A stretch of DNA of 64,000 nt from a virus: positions 1 to 64,000 of IMG/VR virus record IMGVR_UViG_3300021505_000001, one strand, 5' to 3'. Both the position numbers and the translations under genes were made by a program. Below the pieces are notes generated by a model that saw only the letters and a program-made list of their open reading frames with translations, did no database searches and was not told where the DNA came from. Within the stretch, counting starts at the first letter, position 1. Every line of letters starts with the position of its first letter. Shown here in pieces: positions 36,025 to 45,071 of this stretch.

Positions 36025-39000
36025 TCAAGTAAGAAATTCAATAACAGTTTCAGGGACATTAAAGTATTTGTAAATCAATAATGGTGTTCCACCGAGAGAT
36101 TTTATGTCTACAAGACTAGTTATTCTGGAAGAGGGTGTTAATATATTTGAAGTTAATTCTCCATCAATTTGTAAATCATAAGAATTTCTTTCATAAGTTT
36201 CAAATAAAGCTTCTATTTCTCCATCACTTAAAGGACGGTTATAGAGTCTCATTTCATCAAATCTACCACGAAAAAAAGGCAATTCATTCCCAGTAGCATT
36301 TCCTTTTCCAATCCATAATGACGAAGATGAATTTCGTGTAAAGTAAGCATTTGTACTAATCTTTAATGTACCATCAATGTATAGATAAGTAGCATCATTG
36401 TTTACTTGTTTATATACAACATGATGCCATCCATCACCTTTAAATTCAGAAGATAATACATCATTATTCTGTATATTTTTTACAAGTAAGTTATAACCAT
36501 CAAAATCATTACCAAATTTAAATTCAAGACTATTATCAAAATAACAGATATGTCTTGGATGAGTTATATTCTCTGAAACATTTGTTATATTAAACCAAAA
36601 TGATATTGTGTAGTCTGTATTCCTGTTACCAAAGATATTCATAGGAATTTCAGCCCATGATGTATCCCCATCAAATGCTATAGCTTGATATGGATGATAA
36701 TTTTTATCTGCGCAAGACCATGTTCCATAAGAGGTTCCATGCATTTTATTTCCAGATGAATCTACCATACTACCATTTGAAAAATGATATAAACCATCTA
36801 ATCCAAAGTAAAGATAGTATTTTGGAAAAACAGTTTGTATATCTACATCACTAAAATTAGCTATTTTCAGATAAAGGATTTGCGGTTCTTCAGGAGGAAT
36901 ACTTGTAATTTTTACTTCTATATATTTTCCATCCCATTCATCTATACTTCTTGGGTAGGAGTTATCTGTATTAATGGGAATAGTTTCATACATTTCAAGA
37001 GTATTTTGATTAAATACTCTGAAAGGTATTTTAGAAAAAATAGATGTTACTTCTTCAACATCTATTTGTATTTCAGCATCTTCTATCACTTTGGAACTGA
37101 GATTGATAATTTTTAGTTTATACATAGGTATATTAAGTGGTAAATCATAACTACTTATAGAAGGAGATGGGTTTGAATCTTCATATAAAAATGTTCTAAC
37201 AGTACTATTTGGTGGTACAGTAGGAAGTTTTACAACGGTGAATGGAATATATGTAGGATTCACTTTATATACTGGTTCAATTGAAGCACCACTATTCCCT
37301 GTCATAGTTGATGGGTCGGTAAAGTTACCAACAGTTAAAGTAATTAATTCACTGCTATTTGCAGGTATATTGGGCACTATTAATCTGGCTTTATTTGTAT
37401 CCCAATCATCTATGGAATCTGTTAATTCACCATTAGATGTTATTCCAGCTATTTCAACAGTGTTGCTATTAGAATCAACAGCAGAATATTCTACACCAAC
37501 GTTAGCTATATTTACATCAACAATATAATTTGTTAAAGCTGATGAATTATCATTAAAAACTTCAATAGTAAAAGATTGATAATCAGTAACTATTTGATGA
37601 TTAGAGTTTATATCATGTCCTATATATGCCCAATCAAGTAAGTTTGTTTTTTCATAGTCGTTATAACAATTAAATTGGTTTTGTTTATCAGTATAATTTC
37701 TGTAAGTAGATAGAATTATTGATAAATTTTCATATAAATGGATTTCATCATTTTTGTAAGTATATACACTTCCATAAGTATCAAAATCAGGAATATTACC
37801 AGCAACATCCAAACAAAACATTATCAGTTCAGATGAACGTTTAATGTCACCAGGAAGATTGTAGGGTTTAAATACAGCAGGTATTGTTCCTATTAAATCA
37901 TATTTTCTAACGGTAACAGCTTCAGTTTCCTGAGAATGGGCAGGTACTAATTTACCTGTACTATCCATCATAGATACATTATTTGAAAGGGATAAAGTAG
38001 TATGTAAAGATGTAATAGCCCCCCATTTAGTTATTTTTTCATCGTCAAATATAGGATAGATTTGTATTTCTGAAACAATTAAAGGCTTTTTAAAAGAAAT
38101 AATAGTGGTTCCTTGTTTTTGTTTCTTTATAATAGTTGTTGAATTGCCAATATTTTCAAGAACATCAACATTAACAGAATTAGTTTCGTCAAAATATGTA
38201 GTTATTATTCTTTCAGAAGCATAAAAAAATCCATTGCCATCTTTTATAGTTAACACCAGTTTTGTAGGTAAGTTATCCTCAGTAAAATCATTACTAAGAA
38301 AAGAAGGATATTCAGTTATTTCAATACTATCAATTTGTCTATTATTATAAGTAAATGTTATATTTGAATAAATTGGGTAACTCGGATCATATTCAACTCC
38401 AAATAACTGATTAGAAGGATAAGGAAGTGTTTTATCATTAAGAAGATTATTGACATCATTGAATCCATTTAAGGCATTTTTACAAGTAACCATTTTGGGT
38501 TTAACATTGTAGTACATTTTTTTAAAATCAAAATCAAAAAGATTATTTCCTTGTCTAGCTAAAATTGCTACAGGAAGATAATAATTTAGAAATAATAAGG
38601 AGGTTTGTATATTTTCAATATTATCAGGAAAAACAACAAAGTTTTCTTCTGAGCTTATTTCTTCCACATTATTATATAATGATGTATAAGCTACCATAGA
38701 TAAATTGTTGACTATGTCATCAACAATTAAATTTGTCCAAGAATCTCCTTCATTGTGTTTTACATAACCTTTTACTCCATCACCACCTGTTGTTTCTTCA
38801 TGCCTTATTATAAGTGGATAGTAACCTTTTTCTAAATCGATTGAACCACTTGCAGGATTGCTTAGAAAGCCCCCACTACCATATTTAGATGCTACAACCT
38901 GTCCATTAACTTCTATTTCGCATGCATCATTTCCGTTTATACCAAAGTACCAAGTTCCTGATAAAGGAATATATATTATACAGAAAAACATAGTACAGTA

Positions 39001-39597
39001 ATTATCCATAAAATTTGTTGGGAAAATATGAGTGCTATCTGTAATACCCATGGTATAGATATTATTAAAATCGAAACATTCGAGCATTTCTGTATGATTG
39101 TTTGGATGATTTTCTAATTTATTATGGCATATTAATGCAAAAAATCCTTCAGGAGCAACAATCATATCTTTATAATATGATAAATCATTGAAATTAATAG
39201 AAAAATAATATTCACTTGTCCCAGCAGATAAATCATTGCCAGTAAGAGTTGTTATAGTTGAAAAGCGTCCAAGTGGTTTTCCAATTCTTTTGGATATAGG
39301 TTCAAGAGATTTTAAGTCAGGGGTAACAAATACTGATTGGATAAGACTATCTTCTTGACTTTCATATATTTGAACAAATGATGGGGAATCTTCTTTATCA
39401 GTTCCTTTTGTTTTATTGAGATGTTCTGTTTCTCTAATTGGGACTATAACTAAATCATGGTCAACTATATTTGGCATTTTAGCTATAATTTCGATATCGC
39501 ACAGATTTATTTGACGTGTATGACTTCTGATATCAATATCAAACCCTCTTAATTCTGAGATAGTTAATTTAATTCCAGAGCTATATATTATTGACAT
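36025..39597 (-). CDS. large virion protein with a PA14-like domain and a C-terminal LamG/concanavalin-like domain
   Basis: GTWYFG.NGNDACEIEVNG...LEKGYYPL..RHEE..GGDG (PA14); YTISFW...WHHVV...YIDG...FRGRFDEMRLYNRPLS..EI (LamG). Confidence 0.8.
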   Translation of the reverse strand: MSIIYSSGIKLTISELRGFDIDIRSHTRQINLCDIEIIAKMPNIVDHDLVIVPIRETEHLNKTKGTDKEDSPSFVQIYESQEDSLIQSVFVTPDLKSLEPISKRIGKPLGRFSTITTLTGNDLSAGTSEYYFSINFNDLSYYKDMIVAPEGFFALICHNKLENHPNNHTEMLECFDFNNIYTMGITDSTHIFPTNFMDNYCTMFFCIIYIPLSGTWYFGINGNDACEIEVNGQVVASKYGSGGFLSNPASGSIDLEKGYYPLIIRHEETTGGDGVKGYVKHNEGDSWTNLIVDDIVNNLSMVAYTSLYNNVEEISSEENFVVFPDNIENIQTSLLFLNYYLPVAILARQGNNLFDFDFKKMYYNVKPKMVTCKNALNGFNDVNNLLNDKTLPYPSNQLFGVEYDPSYPIYSNITFTYNNRQIDSIEITEYPSFLSNDFTEDNLPTKLVLTIKDGNGFFYASERIITTYFDETNSVNVDVLENIGNSTTIIKKQKQGTTIISFKKPLIVSEIQIYPIFDDEKITKWGAITSLHTTLSLSNNVSMMDSTGKLVPAHSQETEAVTVRKYDLIGTIPAVFKPYNLPGDIKRSSELIMFCLDVAGNIPDFDTYGSVYTYKNDEIHLYENLSIILSTYRNYTDKQNQFNCYNDYEKTNLLDWAYIGHDINSNHQIVTDYQSFTIEVFNDNSSALTNYIVDVNIANVGVEYSAVDSNSNTVEIAGITSNGELTDSIDDWDTNKARLIVPNIPANSSELITLTVGNFTDPSTMTGNSGASIEPVYKVNPTYIPFTVVKLPTVPPNSTVRTFLYEDSNPSPSISSYDLPLNIPMYKLKIINLSSKVIEDAEIQIDVEEVTSIFSKIPFRVFNQNTLEMYETIPINTDNSYPRSIDEWDGKYIEVKITSIPPEEPQILYLKIANFSDVDIQTVFPKYYLYFGLDGLYHFSNGSMVDSSGNKMHGTSYGTWSCADKNYHPYQAIAFDGDTSWAEIPMNIFGNRNTDYTISFWFNITNVSENITHPRHICYFDNSLEFKFGNDFDGYNLLVKNIQNNDVLSSEFKGDGWHHVVYKQVNNDATYLYIDGTLKISTNAYFTRNSSSSLWIGKGNATGNELPFFRGRFDEMRLYNRPLSDGEIEALFETYERNSYDLQIDGELTSNILTPSSRITSLVDIKSLGGTPLLIYKYFNVPETVIEFLT

Positions 39598-39602
39598 TAT
39601 GA

Positions 39603-40490
39603 TTATTCCTCACTATTTTCGTTTTCTTTATTATCAGCAGAGTACATTTCTTCTATATAATTACTGATAGATGTAGATTCCATTTCTGAGTGTACTAATC
39701 CATACACACCACCAACAAGATTTAGTGCCATAGTCAAATATTGGTTGTAATCATAATCTTCTGAAATACCTTCTACATATAAAGGTTCTGCCATTTCACC
39801 AACAATTGTATTAAAATACCTAACTTCTTGTTTTGTATAACCTGTTTTTTTACAAGTATATAAGATTTTATTCCATGAAGGTTTATCAGAAAAATTTACA
39901 TAGAAACTATTTCCAAAACGGTTAATGTTTACTCCAGGAAATGGAAATAATGTTTGTAGCATTGCTATGACAGGAGTTCCAGCTTTGACATTAAGTTCAT
40001 AGACATGGTAATTTAAAACAGCGGGTATTTCCACTTTAAGTTTTAATTCATCAAAAATTTCTTTTACTGTCCATCCTTCTGCTCCATAGACATCATCTGT
40101 AGGGCGTACTTTTATTTGTAAATCAGGTTCATTTATAGAAGGTATTATTGCTTTTGGCATTAGAATATGACTGTATACAGCTAAGAGTCCATTGGGAATA
40201 GATCGAAACGAAAAAGATTTATTAATACGAACATAACTATCCATTTCTGATTTAACGAGATAAGTAATGCTTTGTTTTGTTACTAAATCTTGTTCTGAAA
40301 CAATAGATACTTCATTTTCTCCACCATTTGGTAGTGAGTTTCCGTAGAATGGGAGAAGCCAATCAACTCCAGAACGTATTTCTTCATATAAGGATTCACC
40401 TTGAGCTAAAACAACTGTAATTTGAACAGAGCCATCCTGTCTTTTTGATAGTTTTAATTTTTGAATTCTTTCTTTGTCAAAAACAGCCAC
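39603..40490 (-). CDS. putative tail protein
   Basis: 295-aa ORF within the structural operon. Confidence 0.55.
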   Translation of the reverse strand: MAVFDKERIQKLKLSKRQDGSVQITVVLAQGESLYEEIRSGVDWLLPFYGNSLPNGGENEVSIVSEQDLVTKQSITYLVKSEMDSYVRINKSFSFRSIPNGLLAVYSHILMPKAIIPSINEPDLQIKVRPTDDVYGAEGWTVKEIFDELKLKVEIPAVLNYHVYELNVKAGTPVIAMLQTLFPFPGVNINRFGNSFYVNFSDKPSWNKILYTCKKTGYTKQEVRYFNTIVGEMAEPLYVEGISEDYDYNQYLTMALNLVGGVYGLVHSEMESTSISNYIEEMYSADNKENENSEE

Positions 40491-40506
40491 AAATCATTCC
40501 CCCTCT

Positions 40507-40866
40507 TTATTCTTTATCTACTTTTATTTTCCATAAACCGAATAGATTTTGTCTATTGGTTGGCTTATAACGAGTTTCATTAAATATAAATCTATCAGAC
40601 ATTTTGACTTCTGGTAAATCTGTATCTTGTATATAAAAGTACATTTGTTGTTGAGTAGTTATATTATTGTTAGAAGAAACAATTTCTGGTTGTTCGCTAT
40701 AAATGCATGGCACAACTATTTCTTCATTATAGTCCTCTTCTGTAACCGGATCAAATGGGTTAGTAGATTGTTGAGAATCTATACGTATTACAGTAACAAG
40801 TGGATTCTCCTCTATTGCTCTCAATTTTGGAAAAACTTTGTCTAAAATTGAACGAATACTTTGCAT
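40507..40866 (-). CDS. putative head-tail joining/closure protein
   Basis: ~120-aa beta protein with PFDPVT and D(R)F..N..RY pattern. Confidence 0.55.
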   Translation of the reverse strand: MQSIRSILDKVFPKLRAIEENPLVTVIRIDSQQSTNPFDPVTEEDYNEEIVVPCIYSEQPEIVSSNNNITTQQQMYFYIQDTDLPEVKMSDRFIFNETRYKPTNRQNLFGLWKIKVDKE

Positions 40867-40920
40867 TTTTATTTTATTCCTTGTAAATGGTTTATTTTTT
40901 AAATGTTTTCATATAAAATA

Positions 40921-41005
40921 AAAAAACCCTACTATTCAGAGCTATAGATAGAGGGCAATCCCCCAAAGGGGGATTGTCATATCTACAGATAAATAGTAGG
41001 GTTTT
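40921..41005 (-). terminator. long hairpin terminator
   Basis: AAAACCCTACTATT...CAATCCCCC-AAA-GGGGGATTG...AATAGTAGGGTTTT, with a U tract on the minus strand. Confidence 0.75.
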
Positions 41006-41006
41006 A

Positions 41007-41084
41007 TGGTGGACATATCCACCAGTAAAAATAATGAGGGACGTATCCTCCAGTAAAAGATGGGAGACGTATCTCCCAGTAAAA
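41007..41084 (-). repeat. three tandem covarying hairpin repeats
   Basis: Minus strand: UUUUAC-UGGGAGA-UACG-UCUCCCA, UUUUAC-UGGAGGA-UACG-UCCCUCA, UUUUAC-UGGUGGA-UAUG-UCCACCA. Confidence 0.85.
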
Positions 41085-41085
41085 A

Positions 41086-42162
41086 CTAAAAAAGTCCTAT
41101 AAATTCCACAATTCCTAAAAATTGGTCTTTTGTATTTCCTTTTTTATAGATAGAACCCCTTCTGTAAAAAATAGCTTCTTCAGAAAATTCAGTAACAATA
41201 TTTTTAGTAACATGTCTCATACGAGCTTTCCATGTTCCTCTAGTATAAGATAGAATACCAATATAAAATTGGTTAGATGCTGAAAGCTGTTTTGGGACAT
41301 TGCGGTATTTAACACCTAAAGTTTTATTTCTCTTATGTTTTCCGTAGTGCCATAATTCTACACACCAACCATTAGTTTGACTTAATTTAAAGTTGCCTAT
41401 ATTTATTACTTCAAATGCATTTGCATAGTATTTATTTACTGTAAATTGGTAAGTTCCATTGTAAGATTTATAAGTAATAGAATATGCATTATCTTCAGTG
41501 AGGTAAGATAAGGAATCTAAATATCCATTCCAAATAATATTATTATCATCATAATGAAAACGTCTGACTATTTTTGTATTATTAACAGGATGATTATCAT
41601 TTCTTGTTAATCCTAATGAAGGGACAAAATCATTTTTGTATTCATAGTAGTATACATCAAATACATCTGAAGAATTAAAAGAGGTAATAATTTCAAGGCT
41701 TTCTCTAACATAATCTGAGGTTCCTGCATAGTTGTGGTTTGGTTTTTTGTAATCTGTTCCAGGAGTAAGAAGAGTATTATTTTTGAATACAAATACAAAT
41801 GTGAATTCATCCAAACCAGTTATGTTTGGTGGAGTATAATAAAAGAAATCTAATTTTAAATAATATTTTTTTGCATTAGAATATTTTATATCAGCACCAG
41901 TTTGTTTTGAGTGATACCATTTTATATTTTCAGATTTAATCCAATTATCAGGGCTATTGGATGGTGAATTTGATAAATCTCCTTCATCTGTAGGATTTAT
42001 AGTTATCCCCGGTTTAACTTGGTAGCTTCTTCCATTCCATATAACTTCATCAAAGGCATTATAGGTTTTAGTCTCATCAAAGATACCTATAGGGGATGCC
42101 ATATTGGCTCCAGTAATATCATTTATACATATTTGTCTCCCACGAATTTGAGTTTTACCCAT
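41086..42162 (-). CDS. putative tail fibre/receptor-binding protein
   Basis: TQIRGRQI N-terminus and FDETKTY...VIWNGRSY carbohydrate-binding-like repeat. Confidence 0.65.
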   Translation of the reverse strand: MGKTQIRGRQICINDITGANMASPIGIFDETKTYNAFDEVIWNGRSYQVKPGITINPTDEGDLSNSPSNSPDNWIKSENIKWYHSKQTGADIKYSNAKKYYLKLDFFYYTPPNITGLDEFTFVFVFKNNTLLTPGTDYKKPNHNYAGTSDYVRESLEIITSFNSSDVFDVYYYEYKNDFVPSLGLTRNDNHPVNNTKIVRRFHYDDNNIIWNGYLDSLSYLTEDNAYSITYKSYNGTYQFTVNKYYANAFEVINIGNFKLSQTNGWCVELWHYGKHKRNKTLGVKYRNVPKQLSASNQFYIGILSYTRGTWKARMRHVTKNIVTEFSEEAIFYRRGSIYKKGNTKDQFLGIVEFIGLF

Positions 42163-42174
42163 TGTGTAAAAATC

Positions 42175-42693
42175 CTATATAATGTCATCTAAATCTTTTT
42201 TAGTTTTAGCATTTAATATTGCAAGGTATTTGGTTTTTGTTTCATTAAAAGTTATAACACCATATTCTATTATTTCATTTAATAGTGTTTCAATTTCATC
42301 AGCAGTCATTGTTAAGGTTTTTCCATCTTCATATAAAGAAATATCAAATGTTGCAATATTATTTGTTCTCATCCAACGAATAAGCTTTGTATAATCATCT
42401 AAATTTTCTCTTTGACAAGGGAAAGTATTATCAAATGTTTCAGAATAGTAACCTTCCTTATGTTTATTCTTACGGTAATAACGTAATAGATTCAGTTTAT
42501 GTTGGCGGTATTCTTCAATTTTGAACTTTAATTGTCCATCTGTTTTATCAACATAGTAAAAATCTGAACTGTCTGTTGTTATATCAGTGGTATCTTCAAC
42601 TTCTATTACATCCATTTCTTTGGCTAAATTTTCTGGTTCTGTACTAGATATATCAAATACCCTTCCATTATCTTTGTAGTATATTATAAACAT
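42175..42693 (-). CDS. putative tail fibre assembly chaperone (DUF4376-like)
   Basis: C-terminal MTADEIETL...ILNAKTKKDLDDI; follows the fibre gene. Confidence 0.6.
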   Translation of the reverse strand: MFIIYYKDNGRVFDISSTEPENLAKEMDVIEVEDTTDITTDSSDFYYVDKTDGQLKFKIEEYRQHKLNLLRYYRKNKHKEGYYSETFDNTFPCQRENLDDYTKLIRWMRTNNIATFDISLYEDGKTLTMTADEIETLLNEIIEYGVITFNETKTKYLAILNAKTKKDLDDII

Positions 42694-42703
42694 ATTTTAT
42701 TTC

Positions 42704-44179
42704 CTACCGTAATATTTCAAATAAAATCCAACTTTGTTCTACACCAACATGAGGGCTTTGATAGTCATCACTACCCCGAAAGACAAGTTCTATGTAATCA
42801 TTTTGTGCTAATTGAATGTAAGTATATGGTATACAACTATTAGCATGTTTAGAATAAATGTAGCCTCTTGTATAAGCTCCAGACATAGTATAATTTAAGA
42901 TAGCACTGCCATTTAATCTTAAAGCAGCTTGCATTGTGTTTCTTGTATTATCACCTGAATCAAGATAATAGAAAATATTATAACATACTAAGCATTGTAA
43001 ATTAGAATTAGCATATAAACGATTGCCAGAACGAGTTATTTGAGAAGCAACAAGTATATTTTTATTAAGATTTAATACTTGCCATGTAGAATTTGATGTT
43101 ATAGTTTGGTCTCCAGATGCACCATACATTATGCGTGGTCTTTCAGTAAAAGAAACTGTAGCAATTCCTCCACCACTATCAGAAGCTTCTATTGGATATA
43201 TAAAATCTAAAGATGTATGAGGTGTGTTTGATATTAGTGAATTATCATCTCTAACTTGAATTGAACTTCCTGAACCGTCAGTACCTTTTTGAGACATTAA
43301 ATCCCAATAATTTGTGTCTGTTGGTGGTTGATAAGCTGTAGTGTTTTGTATACAAACATATGAGGAGCCTTGATATTCTACGGCTTGATTAGTTAAATAA
43401 TTTCTTGTAGAATTCCAAGTACCCTCCCATGTAATATCTCCATCTGCTCCTGGAGGACCTGGTGGTCCTTGTGCCCCAGGACCGCCTACTAATTCTACAA
43501 TTGTAAAAGAAAATGTTCCTGTACTATTGTCAGACATTGTTTTAATAGTTGAATTTCCAACATAACGTCTGGCTCTAACACGAAAACTCTCAATATTTTT
43601 ACAATCTATTATAAAAGAACATGCCCCACCAGTTTCACCTACATTATATTGTCTGTGATAAGTATAAATTAAGCTTCCAGGAACATTATTCCAATCTTGA
43701 CCATTATAATATTGAACAAAAGTCCTTGCACCGCTTCTTGATGTTCCAGAAGTACAATCATATAAAGGTGTTACGATTATTAAACATAATTTATCAGTGG
43801 AAATATTAATATTTCCACTGTTAGTATCTAAATTATCTATAATATTATCATTATAACCTATAGTATCAAAAATAATGGATACATCTGAAGAACCAAGTGT
43901 TGTTTGTGTTGCTTTTATATAACAATAGGCAGATTTAAAAGTAGTTTCATATGGTTCCCAAGCACTATCTGTTTCAGGATTATTTGTAAAAACTCCTTTG
44001 TTATTTGGTGTACTTGTATGTCCAGATTTAACAATATAAAGAAATCCTTTCCATAATACAATCTCTCCTGCAACATATGTTTTGGTTTCATCGAAGAGAC
44101 CATATCCAGGGAACATATCTGAGCCAAGATTATAATCTTTCATATTTTGGTTAGAGGCAGTATAAAAACTATTACTCAT
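42704..44179 (-). CDS. tail fibre protein with a short collagen-like segment
   Basis: GPGAQGPPGPPGADG; WEGTWNSTRNY...VEYQGSSY...YWDL repeat; C-terminal LAQNDYIELVF (C1q/BclA-like). Confidence 0.75.
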   Translation of the reverse strand: MSNSFYTASNQNMKDYNLGSDMFPGYGLFDETKTYVAGEIVLWKGFLYIVKSGHTSTPNNKGVFTNNPETDSAWEPYETTFKSAYCYIKATQTTLGSSDVSIIFDTIGYNDNIIDNLDTNSGNINISTDKLCLIIVTPLYDCTSGTSRSGARTFVQYYNGQDWNNVPGSLIYTYHRQYNVGETGGACSFIIDCKNIESFRVRARRYVGNSTIKTMSDNSTGTFSFTIVELVGGPGAQGPPGPPGADGDITWEGTWNSTRNYLTNQAVEYQGSSYVCIQNTTAYQPPTDTNYWDLMSQKGTDGSGSSIQVRDDNSLISNTPHTSLDFIYPIEASDSGGGIATVSFTERPRIMYGASGDQTITSNSTWQVLNLNKNILVASQITRSGNRLYANSNLQCLVCYNIFYYLDSGDNTRNTMQAALRLNGSAILNYTMSGAYTRGYIYSKHANSCIPYTYIQLAQNDYIELVFRGSDDYQSPHVGVEQSWILFEILR

Positions 44180-44258
44180 AATTCAATGTTCCCTGTATTC
44201 ATTAAAGAAGTATAGCTTTTGTTTTTTATGATATGTTTTAAAAATGATAAATTAATAA

Positions 44259-45005
44259 CTAGTTACTATAGTAGTATCTAACTATTAGTTTATCATTTTC
44301 TTGAAGTTGTGTTAGCCCAGAAGCAGTAAAATTTATATGGTTTCCTGAAATAGTATAATCTCCATCTGTAGCATCCTCATCTAATACAATACCATTCAAA
44401 ATAACAAAAACGTGTTTGTCAGAAGAAGGTGTTTGTGAAAGCACAACATATCCATTGTTTATATCTGTATTTGTAAGAATGAATCTATCTGTTTGTTTTG
44501 TAGGTTTTTCTGGAAAACCAAAAGTTCCTATATATCGATAAGCTTTTATTTTGAATGGGGGTGTCCACCCATAAGAGGAGGGATTGTTTTCAAAAATTAA
44601 AACACCTGTTTCATAAAAGAAAAACCAATTAGAAGCATCTGTTGTTGGTATTTCATTGTTATTACTATCAAAAATACGAACTGTGTAGTCTTGACCAAAT
44701 CTAGGGTGTATGAAATGTGTTAATTGCTGTGAACTTATATCACCAGGTGTCTGTTTTGCTTTCCAGCAACGTTCATTTATTACAGTATTATCGAGAGTTA
44801 ATGTTAAGGTATCATAAACTTCAATTACAGATGTTGATGAAGAAGGTGGTGTTGCTATTATATCATCAGTATAAATCTCCGAATTATGAAGATAGGTTGT
44901 AGTAAGAACAAATTCTTCATACCATTTCTTATTAATATCTGTTTCTTCATGTCCTAAAAGAGATTTAAATACCAAATCTAATTTTTGTTGATCAGTTAAT
45001 GGCAT
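44259..45005 (-). CDS. virion protein, paralog of the N-terminal domain of 45072-48005
   Basis: MPLTDQQKLDLVFK...FIHPRFGQDYTVRIFD...NWFFFYETGVLIFEN...YRYIG. Confidence 0.75.
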   Translation of the reverse strand: MPLTDQQKLDLVFKSLLGHEETDINKKWYEEFVLTTTYLHNSEIYTDDIIATPPSSSTSVIEVYDTLTLTLDNTVINERCWKAKQTPGDISSQQLTHFIHPRFGQDYTVRIFDSNNNEIPTTDASNWFFFYETGVLIFENNPSSYGWTPPFKIKAYRYIGTFGFPEKPTKQTDRFILTNTDINNGYVVLSQTPSSDKHVFVILNGIVLDEDATDGDYTISGNHINFTASGLTQLQENDKLIVRYYYSN

Positions 45006-45018
45006 TTGTTTTCTCTAT

Positions 45019-45052
45019 TTAAATTGGGGGGTATAAAACCCCCCAATTTATT
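45019..45052 (-). terminator. hairpin/terminator
   Basis: TAAATTGGGGGG-TATAAAA-CCCCCAATTTA. Confidence 0.65.
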
Positions 45053-45071
45053 TACATATATTAACTTTTAA

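Noticed and set aside
41007-41084. Possible mini-CRISPR array
   Set aside because: Units are separated by only 2-4 nt and vary within the stem; no spacers
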